26,256 nt of DNA from Abditibacteriaceae bacterium (GCA_031372065.1 JANMKN010000342.1:1-26256), one strand, 5' to 3'. Counted from the stretch's first letter, positions 1-8,285 are shown. Notes: generated from the letters alone by a model not told the origin. Made by a program: numbers and translations.

Positions 1-762
1 CGCTTCGTCGTTACCCTTCCCGCTCCAACGGGTGAGTCTTATATATCACTGGGCCTTTACATTGACGATGAATTAGAATCTGAGCAGACCGCAGCCTACG
101 ATTTGACTTACAAAAGCCCTAAATTGCTCTGGACACTGAATGAAGTGGTTGGCGTGGCGCGCTTTGAGTTGGAGCGTCTCATGATCGCCTGCGCGGAAAA
201 ACTTTATTCGACCGCTGATATTGCCGACGCGCCCACATTGCTGCATACGTTCGGCGACGAAATTGTGAGCCTTGGCTTTAGCGATGAAACGTGGCTGGTC
301 GGTCTGGCAGATAACCATGTTTGGGCATTAATTGGCGGCGAGTGGATTGATCGCGGTGCGATTGCCACACCTGCCTTAGCGCTGTCCGGTTGGGAGGGTG
401 CAGGGGAAGACTTCTACGATGTGGCCGGCGGCGATTCCCCGCAGTTGTTCCAGCGCGTTCTCGCGGGTGGCCTGTGGTCGGATTTGCGCACCATCGAAGC
501 GGCTGAGGAGGAAGATGTCGAAGTTACTCAGATTACGGCTTTGGCCCGCTACGAAAAAATTACGCGCGAGGCATTGGGCACGCCGGGACAGCTGGGTTTT
601 GTGCCTGAAGAAAAGATCATCGGTCTGCTGATCGGCACCGCCCCGGACGGCGCGCTTTTGCTGCTGGAACTCTCGCCGATCACTGCTTCATCAGCGCTGC
701 TGGCCTCAAAAATGTCGCATTATGCGCTCGAAGGCTTTGAAACGCCGATGAGTGTTGTTTAG
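1..762 (+). CDS. Hypothetical protein, 5'-partial; acidic, possibly a phage structural or beta-propeller-like C-terminus
   Basis: Frame of ORF 103..762 is open back to base 1 (RFVVTLPAPTGESYISLGLYIDDELESEQTAAYDLTYKSP...), so the gene starts outside the window. The functional guess is weak. Confidence 0.6.
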   Translation, partial: RFVVTLPAPTGESYISLGLYIDDELESEQTAAYDLTYKSPKLLWTLNEVVGVARFELERLMIACAEKLYSTADIADAPTLLHTFGDEIVSLGFSDETWLVGLADNHVWALIGGEWIDRGAIATPALALSGWEGAGEDFYDVAGGDSPQLFQRVLAGGLWSDLRTIEAAEEEDVEVTQITALARYEKITREALGTPGQLGFVPEEKIIGLLIGTAPDGALLLLELSPITASSALLASKMSHYALEGFETPMSVV

Positions 763-795
763 AGAACACAAACAAAACCTCCTTGATAAGTATTC

Positions 796-1353
796 TTATC
801 CGGGAGGCTTTGGAGTCTTTTTGGGATTCGGCTTGGGAGTCTTTTTGGGTGTCGCGGTTACTGGCGGCTTGGGAGGCTTTTTTGGCTCATCTGTCTTTAT
901 TGGTGGCTGCCAGATAATGGCGAGGGCACTAAATACTCCTACCGCGAAAAAATATCCGCCCCTCACCAAATATTTAATAGTGTGCTCATAGATTTGTGTC
1001 AATTCTGCCTCTATAAGGTCAGAATCTATTTGAGCAAAGAAACCTAATTTGGATGGCTGTATGGGGTTGGATGGTGGTTTTCTGTAAGGGGGCAAATAGC
1101 CCCTTAAATATGTTCCTGCCGCACTGATAAAAAAAACGATAGGAAGAATTTGCACCAAATTTTTCGGCTTGCCATCCGCTTGTCCCAAAAGAGCAACATA
1201 AGCAGCGATGGCAGTAACAGCAATGGCAAGTAGCTGTTTACAGGCTTCCTGACGATTTTTGATAGCATCAAGGGCTATTATTTTCCCTGCGTCATAAACG
1301 GCCTCTTCTCTTGTGTTTTTTGGCTCCTCCAAAGTTCCCGGGTCGTTGCTCAC
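796..1353 (-). CDS. Hypothetical membrane protein (3 predicted TM segments, Pro/Lys-rich tail)
   Basis: 185-aa ORF; AAGGAG RBS before GTG; hydrophobic stretches LLAIAVTAIAAYVALLG, ILPIVFFISAAG, YFFAVGVFSALAIIW; AT-rich. Confidence 0.75.
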   Translation of the reverse strand: MSNDPGTLEEPKNTREEAVYDAGKIIALDAIKNRQEACKQLLAIAVTAIAAYVALLGQADGKPKNLVQILPIVFFISAAGTYLRGYLPPYRKPPSNPIQPSKLGFFAQIDSDLIEAELTQIYEHTIKYLVRGGYFFAVGVFSALAIIWQPPIKTDEPKKPPKPPVTATPKKTPKPNPKKTPKPPG

Positions 1354-1426
1354 TTGTTTCTCCTTGTTTGCGGTTGGGTCACCATAAATTTATACAAAAG
1401 TTGGTCTGGCTTCGATAGGAAATAAT

Positions 1427-1461
1427 AAAAACGCCGCGCTTTCACCAAGCGCGGCGTTTTT
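1427..1461. terminator. Intrinsic terminator, potentially bidirectional
   Basis: AAAAACGCCGCGCTT-tcacc-AAGCGCGGCGTTTTT perfect hairpin with T-tract on both strands, downstream of 1494..1715(-). Confidence 0.85.
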
Positions 1462-1493
1462 GTGGTCTTCACGGACGGCCCTAATGGGCGGTG

Positions 1494-1715
1494 CTAATTC
1501 GTCTGCGGTTCTATCCGCAGCTTCCGCCTGATCGCTGCTTGCTGGTCATACAGAGCGCCCAATTCGCGGAGCAAATCCGGCATGAGGGCTTTGGAATTGG
1601 GCACGGCTGCTACGGCAATTTTGTAGCGGATATGACCGATTTCCTTCTTGATTGTTTGGGCCGCCAAACCGGGGTTGTCCAACTTGTGATTGTCTGACTT
1701 GTGGCTGTCCGACAT
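1494..1715 (-). CDS. Small hypothetical protein (73 aa, helical)
   Basis: Within ORF 1494..1820; AAGGAG RBS precedes ATG at 1715 (MSDSHKSD...); terminator follows. Confidence 0.6.
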   Translation of the reverse strand: MSDSHKSDNHKLDNPGLAAQTIKKEIGHIRYKIAVAAVPNSKALMPDLLRELGALYDQQAAIRRKLRIEPQTN

Positions 1716-1833
1716 TTTTGAGTCTCCTTTTGGTGATGCGGTGTTTTGCATCTCGTTTTTGCGGCTTTTGATAACGCGCAAATAAGAAGCCGCTTTATGT
1801 CTAAAACCTATGGGGGTCAATTCTCCAATGCTG

Positions 1834-2364
1834 TTAGGCGCTGGCAGAGCGGATCGCTTCTATCGCTGCTTGATAATTTGGCTCTTGCATCTGGTCAGCG
1901 ACATAATCCGCATAAGCGATGCGGCCATTGCGGTCAATCACAAAAACAGCACGTTGCAATAAGCGCCACTCTTTGAGAAGCACACCGTAATCTTGGCCGA
2001 ACTGCTCGCTACAGTGGGAGGAGAGCGCTTGATGCGAGACACTTTCCGAGGCACTCCACCGGGCCTGAGCAAACGGTAAATCCATACTGATCGTATAAAT
2101 AGTGACATTGGGCGGCAATTCGGCACTCAGGTCACTCCAGCGGCGTGTCTCTACATGACAGACCGGCGTATCAAGCGAATTGATGACGTTGAGAAGCCGC
2201 ACTTGACCCGCAGAGTCTGCCAATTGCACGCTTTGCATCGCTGAATTGGCGGCATCAAAGTGATCCAAAACAAAAGAGGGCGCCGCATCGCCCGCTCGCA
2301 GTTTCCGGCCCATTACGGTTAATTTCTCATCGAACTCAAAGGCTTCGCCGACTCTTTCTTCCAT
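1834..2364 (-). CDS. tpx: Thiol peroxidase (Tpx-type peroxiredoxin)
   Basis: SLDTPVC peroxidatic motif (C69), ISMDLPFAQARW, RAVFVID, EPNY; GGGAGAG RBS. Confidence 0.9.
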   Translation of the reverse strand: MEERVGEAFEFDEKLTVMGRKLRAGDAAPSFVLDHFDAANSAMQSVQLADSAGQVRLLNVINSLDTPVCHVETRRWSDLSAELPPNVTIYTISMDLPFAQARWSASESVSHQALSSHCSEQFGQDYGVLLKEWRLLQRAVFVIDRNGRIAYADYVADQMQEPNYQAAIEAIRSASA

Positions 2365-2541
2365 TGCTGAAACTCTCCCTGTTTACCCTCTTAAATTTGT
2401 GTTCGTCCCAGCCAGCAGTGTGACGCGGAAGGAAACAACAAACAAGCGGCGTGGCGTGGAAGATGGTTATGTGCGACTGGATAGGGCACAGGCGCTCAAG
2501 GTGTTGGAATTTATGGAGGGGAGGCGGCGGAGGAGGCGGTA

Positions 2542-4548
2542 TTAATGCCTCTCGCCTTCCCCACTTATGTTGTTGAATCCTTCAATATGGGAAGGACATA
2601 TAATGCGATACCCCTCTGGGTCTAATATTGCACCTAAAAAAGTCTGTGTAAATGCATAAAGTGCATTTACACGTCGCCACCGCTCGAAATTCCAACGTCG
2701 GCGATATTCTGTATCAGTGGGCTCCACTTGATTTAGATAGAGCGTGCCTTGGGTATTTAGAGAGTCGCGCAATATGCCGATTTCCTTAACAATTCTTGTT
2801 AATCGTTCGTCTTCTGTGCTATCCCCGTCACCTAATTCCAGTGGTTTAAGGTTTAATGCTTTACACATTTCAATGAGAGTTAAGACAAATTCATTTGTTG
2901 TTAGCATTGTTTGCGGCAACTCCTGTTCTGATTTCTGTTGCCTATAAGCATGCATTAGCATGGATAAACATTGAATGATTATACAGCCCTTCATCTCAAG
3001 GAAAGCGTCATTACTTATTGATTTGGAAAGTATATTCATTGCTCGGCGCAAATTCCATTTGTCTTCTACAAGGGGCAAATTGGCAAACATTTTAGGTATA
3101 GAATGCTCAAGATTAGTAAAAGTCCAAATTCCGTTAAAATTTGGTTCACAAAAACGACCAATGATTCTATGAGCACACTCACTCGAAATAACACGATTAT
3201 CAGCTCCGATTAGATCGTAACTCAGCCAGTCAACACGCGACCCATGAAGTAAAGACAGGAGATCACAAACCTTGTTCATGGTGTCTGTGACTTCATCGAT
3301 TTGAGACATGGAGGTAATTTCTATATCAGCACAACAAGTAACCTCAACTCCACCGGCCTTGCCTAATTTCTCCAGTGTGTTTGCGTGCTCCTTTTTCGTG
3401 CCAATTCTGGTTAATAAAATGGGAAAAGGCAGTGGCTCAATTTGTATAGGTTTGTCGCTATCAAAAGTGTCTGTAGGAAAATCCATATTAGCAATGTAAA
3501 ACCTTACCTTTTTGACTAGGCCAGCTTGAAATATTAGATTTACTTTCTTGGTGGGACGCAGGTAAAAATTGAGCATTCCTCCACTACCAATAGAATCTTG
3601 TCTTATCTCAATTGCTTGTGTTTCTTTAGAAGAAACGACACAATTGCTGCCAAATTCAGGCACATGAACTTGCCCCTCAAACTCAATGCTATTGTTACCT
3701 GCAATATACTTAACGGCATCCAGTTCGCTTTGATTCGGAGATATTAGTGACATATATGAGCGCACGAATATTTGTATTTCTCCATCGGAAGACTGGAAAA
3801 ATTCAAAGTCACAATCAAGTCCCGTTTTATCCGCAATTAAGCGCCCTATACCGAATCCATTCCTCGAAGGATTCTGGAATCTGGGAAATTCAAATTTCGT
3901 TGGTCTAATCCCTTGATTAGAAAGCAAGCATAGTCCGTGAAGTTGTTGTTTGACATGGGGTAGTCGTATGAACACAGATGTTTTGCTAAGTTGCTTCGCC
4001 GCATACATTGTATCATCGGCTTCCCGAATTATTACTCGTCCTGCCGATGCATTATCTGCGTCATATTTTTTTCTATCGTCGCAGAAAACCACCCCGATGC
4101 TGGGGGCGATAGAGTGCTGTCCTTTTGTAGCAACGTATGGCAGTGTTAACTTACTGCGTATGGCCTCTGCATGGCTCATTGCTTTGTCAGAATCGTTACA
4201 TTTAGGCACCAAAACAACAAATTCATCCCCACCCAAGCGAAATGACATATCCGGATAAGATTTCCTTAGTCTTTGAGCTACTTCTTTAAGTAATTCATCA
4301 CCAACCTCGTGAGAATGCTCGTCGTTTACCGCCTTAAAACCATTTAAATCCATGAACAGTAAGGCGAAGGCATTTTCTGGGTTTTCATACAGAAGCTGCA
4401 ATTGATCGATTAGAGTATCTTCTAAAGCTGCACGGTTTAATAACCCTGTTAATGAGTCATGGTAAGCACGAGTCCACAAATCCTCAACATCATTTTTTAA
4501 GTTGTCCCGCCTCTTTTTAAATGTTTGTGATGGTTTTTGTTCAGACAT
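2542..4548 (-). CDS. GGDEF diguanylate cyclase domain fused to a C-terminal ApeA/HEPN-like region
   Basis: HDSLTGLLNR, MDLNGFKAVND and RLGGDEF (GGDEF codons 4219-4233) are clear. The C-terminal ~470 aa carry CDLLSLLHG, LRRAMNIL..FLEMKG..QCLSML and LRDSLNTQG, resembling ApeA-type HEPN proteins (inference). Start at 4548 (GAGGA RBS) or 4560; the 4647 start is unlikely. Confidence 0.8.
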   Translation of the reverse strand: MSEQKPSQTFKKRRDNLKNDVEDLWTRAYHDSLTGLLNRAALEDTLIDQLQLLYENPENAFALLFMDLNGFKAVNDEHSHEVGDELLKEVAQRLRKSYPDMSFRLGGDEFVVLVPKCNDSDKAMSHAEAIRSKLTLPYVATKGQHSIAPSIGVVFCDDRKKYDADNASAGRVIIREADDTMYAAKQLSKTSVFIRLPHVKQQLHGLCLLSNQGIRPTKFEFPRFQNPSRNGFGIGRLIADKTGLDCDFEFFQSSDGEIQIFVRSYMSLISPNQSELDAVKYIAGNNSIEFEGQVHVPEFGSNCVVSSKETQAIEIRQDSIGSGGMLNFYLRPTKKVNLIFQAGLVKKVRFYIANMDFPTDTFDSDKPIQIEPLPFPILLTRIGTKKEHANTLEKLGKAGGVEVTCCADIEITSMSQIDEVTDTMNKVCDLLSLLHGSRVDWLSYDLIGADNRVISSECAHRIIGRFCEPNFNGIWTFTNLEHSIPKMFANLPLVEDKWNLRRAMNILSKSISNDAFLEMKGCIIIQCLSMLMHAYRQQKSEQELPQTMLTTNEFVLTLIEMCKALNLKPLELGDGDSTEDERLTRIVKEIGILRDSLNTQGTLYLNQVEPTDTEYRRRWNFERWRRVNALYAFTQTFLGAILDPEGYRIICPSHIEGFNNISGEGERH

Positions 4549-4556
4549 ACTTTTCC

Positions 4557-4670
4557 TCATTTCAACGGCAAACCCTTCTTCTGCCGATACCGAATCGCCC
4601 TCCCACGCGGACACCCTGCCTTGTGTTCTAAACCCTTGACACCACAATTACATTCAAATGTGGCTTTCAT
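4557..4670 (-). CDS. Small basic CCHC (CxC-x6-H-x3-C) peptide, 37 aa
   Basis: Hand-translated MKATFECNCGVKGLEHKAGCPRGRAIRYRQKKGLPLK*; absent from the ORF track; its TGA overlaps the ATG at 4560 (ATGA). Confidence 0.55.
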   Translation of the reverse strand: MKATFECNCGVKGLEHKAGCPRGRAIRYRQKKGLPLK

Positions 4671-4737
4671 TGGGCTATGCCTGTGTCATCTATTGATTTT
4701 AACCAGATTCTGCCGAGAATTCGCCGTAAAGCCCGTT

Positions 4738-5604
4738 TTATTCCGTAGGCGGATTTGGTTTTTCTTTAGGCTTCGGCCTTCTTTTTGGAGGTGATTTTTT
4801 TGTAAGGCGCACAGCAAGGGCTGTTCCAATGGCAGGCAGCAAAATCATCAACATGGCTTTTAGTGGTTCTTCAAGCACACGTTCTACGAAGGTCTTATTT
4901 TTCGGTTCGTCAGATTTGCCTGAAGCCGGACTACTGGTAGTTGCGCCATTACCCACCGCAGCACTTGGAGCGGCAGGGGCTGCAGCGGGAGCAACAGAGG
5001 CAGTGGCGGGGATGTTAGACGGGTCTACGTCTATATTGATCTGGCGATGAAATGGTGTGTCTTTGGCAATGGGCTTACCGTCGCTTCCCTTCACTAAATT
5101 ACCCTTTTTGTCAGTCAAAAGAATGCTGGCAATCAAAGTCAATTCGCGGTTCTTACCAACTCGCTTAGGCGTTACATTCCATGACCAGTAGGCAGACTCG
5201 TCTTTCGTGACAATCTTTTCCATGCTGCCGGTGCCCTGATACTCAATATCGAAATCCAGCCTGCTACCTTTTAATTCAGCGCGCATTTTATCCCGACCAT
5301 TGGCAGGAATTCCGATCTTTTTTACTTGAGGCAGACGAATCAATTCTTTGCGCATCTCCTCCGTGATTTTTTGCCCGATCCTTACCTCAATAACTTGAGA
5401 TTGGCTCACATACATTTGTGATGGTGGATCGAAGGCAATCTCGCCGGAAACATAAGATCCCGCCGTTGACGGGGCTGTTGCTTGAGGCAAACTTAGATCA
5501 GGCGAGACTGATTCACTGGATCTGCGAAAAGCGAATTGATTAAGTGCAATAGCAGCTAATACCACACTACCTACGCCTAAAAAGCCCCAGTCCTTGGATG
5601 TCAT
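4738..5604 (-). CDS. Hypothetical protein anchored at both ends, with an extracytoplasmic beta-rich (Ig-like) domain
   Basis: N-terminal hydrophobic helix; GEIAFDPPSQM..IEVRI..MRAELKG..WSWNVTP core; Ala/Pro linker; C-terminal TM followed by a basic tail; AGGGA RBS. Confidence 0.75.
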   Translation of the reverse strand: MTSKDWGFLGVGSVVLAAIALNQFAFRRSSESVSPDLSLPQATAPSTAGSYVSGEIAFDPPSQMYVSQSQVIEVRIGQKITEEMRKELIRLPQVKKIGIPANGRDKMRAELKGSRLDFDIEYQGTGSMEKIVTKDESAYWSWNVTPKRVGKNRELTLIASILLTDKKGNLVKGSDGKPIAKDTPFHRQINIDVDPSNIPATASVAPAAAPAAPSAAVGNGATTSSPASGKSDEPKNKTFVERVLEEPLKAMLMILLPAIGTALAVRLTKKSPPKRRPKPKEKPNPPTE

Positions 5605-5801
5605 AATAATTCCCTGTTTGCTCTGTCCTGCGGTTCAAGTTTTATTTGGCTTATGTGGTCTGGAGTAGCAGCTTTTTAATGCTAATCCCCATCAACCCTC
5701 ATACGCAGCGATTTTATCAAAAAACTATTAGGAATGTTCCAAGAATACCGGCTTTTTGTCCCTTGCCTATTTCATTGTCCCAGAAATATTCAGCCTACGA
5801 T

Positions 5802-6350
5802 TTATAATGCAGAAATCTCTTTGGCCTTACATTTAAGCGCCTCACAAAGCCACTGCAAAGTTTTCTCTGTCACGGCTGTCACCAATCCCTTTTCAATCTT
5901 GGCTAACTGGCTAATGCGCGTTTTATTGCCATCACCGGCAGCCTCGAAGGTGAGACCCAATTTCAGGCGACGGGCGCGAATCTTCGGGCTGTCTATCGGT
6001 ATGAGATGCGCGCCGCGTGGTCTGTCGCGCATTTTGCAGGGAGGTATGCCCAATGCCTTGCGCCGCGCATAGATGGTGCTGGTAGGAATGCCGATTACTT
6101 TCGCCAATTTACGGTCGGGCATCGTGCCCAGCAGCTTTTCCTTTTCGGGCGTCCAGTGTTTTAGTTTGGCGCCCACATTGGCGAGCGCCTCAATCCCCGC
6201 GTCGCGTCGCCACTTGTGCGCTGTCTGATGGCACACACCGGCGCGGCGTGCAATTTCCAGATCGGTTACTTTGCCAAGCAGGGGCAAATACTCCTCGCGC
6301 AATCGTGCTATTTCACGATTGGATTTACGAGGTTTTCGAGAGCGGCGCAT
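5802..6350 (-). CDS. Multi-HTH transcriptional regulator (two LLGxxxDxxxA HTH repeats plus C-terminal XRE-like HTH)
   Basis: LLGKVTDLEIARRAG, LLGTMPDRKLAKVIG, then IRARRLKLGLT..LAKIEKG..LCEALKC. Start reassigned to ATG 6350 because the longer ORF overlaps the divergent gene. Confidence 0.8.
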   Translation of the reverse strand: MRRSRKPRKSNREIARLREEYLPLLGKVTDLEIARRAGVCHQTAHKWRRDAGIEALANVGAKLKHWTPEKEKLLGTMPDRKLAKVIGIPTSTIYARRKALGIPPCKMRDRPRGAHLIPIDSPKIRARRLKLGLTFEAAGDGNKTRISQLAKIEKGLVTAVTEKTLQWLCEALKCKAKEISAL

Positions 6351-6416
6351 TATGCTGATTATAAACCATAGAGGGAGGGTGGGGTGAGAATGCCGGAACT
6401 GATTTATAATTAGGCT
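6351..6416. promoter_or_regulatory. Back-to-back promoters, both apparently leaderless
   Basis: Minus strand: TATAAT (6358-6363) 7 nt before ATG 6350. Plus strand: TATAAT (6405-6410) 6 nt before ATG 6417. No clear -35 boxes. Confidence 0.65.
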
Positions 6417-7409
6417 ATGAAAGATTTGGCAAAGCGCTTTCGATTTCCTGTCCTGTTTTTTGCTTGCTTTTTGCTGCTGGCCTCGCCATACGCTTCGCCA
6501 TACGTCCCGCCCCACGCGGCAAGCGCCGCAATTGTGGCAGACGGCGACGACCATATACGGCCCGCAATACAACCCGAACGTGGCGCTCCGTCCGCTCCTT
6601 CGGCTGGATCGGTGGGTTCGGCGGTGCCAGCCAGCGCCAAGGTCTTGGTTTACTTTTCGCCCAAAGGCGGCGCGCAAGAGGCCATTATTCGCGAAATCGA
6701 CGCGGCCAAAGTCTCAATCAGGATGCAAGCCTACAATTACAGCAGCGAACCGATTGGCGCCGCGTTGCTCAAGGCCAACCAGCGCGGTGTCAAAATTACC
6801 GCGCTCTTGGACGACAGTAACCAAACAGCGCAATATACCGGCGCGACGTTTTTGCAGAATCAGGGCGCGCAAGTCTTCACCGATGGCAAACACAAAATCG
6901 CGCACTCCAAAATTATGATTTTGGATGGTAACACACCTAATGGCACGATTATCACCGGATCGTTTAATTTCACGAAAGCCGCCGAAGAAAGCAATGCGGA
7001 GAATCTGCTGGTCATTAAAGACTCGCTCGAACTGGTCACAGCCTACAATGCCAATTTCGACGCGCACATGACACACGCAACTCCCTACGAGCGCAAAGGT
7101 GCCACGACGCTGCCAATGCCCGAAGATGACGACGAAACGACCACACTGCCACCAATAACAACGACAACGCCACCAATTACGCTACCAACTACGCCGCCGG
7201 TTGTTGTCACCAGCGGCAAAACCAATATCAACACGGCGACGGCCAAAGAACTGGAAAAACTGCCCAACATCGGCAAAGTGACGGCAGCGCGCATTATCGA
7301 ATACCGGCAAGCCAAAGGCCCGTTTAAGAGCGTGCAAGACTTGGATAAGGTGCAAGGCATCGGCAAGGCGACGCTGGAAAAATTACGCGATTTGGTGACA
7401 GTTGGATAA
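6417..7409 (+). CDS. Secreted PLD-family (Nuc-like) endonuclease with C-terminal ComEA-type helix-hairpin-helix domain
   Basis: Signal peptide; VYFSPKGG; single HKD motif HSKIMILD..GSFNFT..NAENLL; Thr/Pro linker; NINTATAKELEKLPNIG..VQGIG HhH pair. Confidence 0.88.
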   Translation: MKDLAKRFRFPVLFFACFLLLASPYASPYVPPHAASAAIVADGDDHIRPAIQPERGAPSAPSAGSVGSAVPASAKVLVYFSPKGGAQEAIIREIDAAKVSIRMQAYNYSSEPIGAALLKANQRGVKITALLDDSNQTAQYTGATFLQNQGAQVFTDGKHKIAHSKIMILDGNTPNGTIITGSFNFTKAAEESNAENLLVIKDSLELVTAYNANFDAHMTHATPYERKGATTLPMPEDDDETTTLPPITTTTPPITLPTTPPVVVTSGKTNINTATAKELEKLPNIGKVTAARIIEYRQAKGPFKSVQDLDKVQGIGKATLEKLRDLVTVG

Positions 7410-7420
7410 CAACAGGCAAG

Positions 7421-7624
7421 ATGCAAAAATTCTCTGAACAACAGCAAGCCGCCCATCAAGGCATCGCTGAAATGACTGCCGACTTGGGGCCAACATTTGT
7501 GCTCGAAGCCTTAGCCGATGCTCTGTATCATCAGGCGCGCACGGAAACTGGCGGGCGCGGCGACAATCTCACCCAAGCCGTTGGCATCCTGCGGCAGTTG
7601 GCTGAGGTGCTGGAAGAAAAATAA
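7421..7624 (+). CDS. Small hypothetical protein (67 aa)
   Basis: ATG 11 nt after the nuclease stop, AGG RBS, helical composition. Confidence 0.55.
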   Translation: MQKFSEQQQAAHQGIAEMTADLGPTFVLEALADALYHQARTETGGRGDNLTQAVGILRQLAEVLEEK

Positions 7625-7656
7625 GGCCCATAGGACACGATTTTTGAATAAAAACT

Positions 7657-8232
7657 GTGTCCTACACCGATGAATGGGACGTGGCAAAGGTGGCCAACAA
7701 AAAATATGGCGATGTGCCAATTTCGATTAAATTCACCAAATATGGCACGTCGGTGGATTTGGGCGATGCCATGCGGCAGTTTTCGGTTGATGAAAAATTC
7801 ATGATTATCATCGGCTACTGGAAGCAGGAAGGTGACCGGAAGCGCGTGGTGAATATTGTGGCGCCGGTGCTGAGTCCGGAACAGTGGCACAAAATGTTTG
7901 AGCCGATTACCAACGAGGGCCTGCAAAAATTGGATTCCACAGTGAAAAACCGCGATTTAACACCGCGACAAGCCGCATTGGAAGCCTCGAAAATCAAACG
8001 CGCCGCGCCGTTTACCGAGGCGCTGATGACCATGAATCCGAAAATTGACAGCAAAACGCAGCGTCGCTTGCAGTGCAGTTTGCGTTTTGACTACGTTTTC
8101 AAATATTTAGCGCCCGATGCTGATCGCGCGGTGCAGGAAAACCCCAAACTATTCGGCGTAGAAGCGCCGCCGCCTTTTGTTTCCAATCCGCGACAGTTCA
8201 AGAAAGAGTTCGAGAAAGACGAAGAAAAATAA
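7657..8232 (+). CDS. Conserved hypothetical protein, restriction-endonuclease-like fold suspected; possibly 5'-truncated
   Basis: YTDEWD..PISIK..VDLGDAMRQ..NPKIDSKTQRRLQCS; host-like codons; GTG start with no RBS and an in-frame TGA at 7645-7647. Confidence 0.6.
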   Translation: MSYTDEWDVAKVANKKYGDVPISIKFTKYGTSVDLGDAMRQFSVDEKFMIIIGYWKQEGDRKRVVNIVAPVLSPEQWHKMFEPITNEGLQKLDSTVKNRDLTPRQAALEASKIKRAAPFTEALMTMNPKIDSKTQRRLQCSLRFDYVFKYLAPDADRAVQENPKLFGVEAPPPFVSNPRQFKKEFEKDEEK

Positions 8233-8267
8233 AAAGGCCCCGCTTCCAAAAGGAAGCGGGGCTTTTT
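8231..8267. terminator. Bidirectional intrinsic terminator between convergent genes
   Basis: GCCCCGCTTCC-aaaa-GGAAGCGGGGC flanked by A- and T-tracts. Confidence 0.85.
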
Positions 8268-8285
8268 CGTTGCAATTTCACTTGC

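Noticed and set aside
4561..4647. First 29 codons of the 701-aa ORF
   Set aside because: No RBS at 4647; the region is better explained by the CCHC ORF in another frame.
6351..6677. N-terminal extension of the 291-aa HTH ORF
   Set aside because: It is the antisense shadow of the nuclease gene; a -10 box supports ATG 6350.
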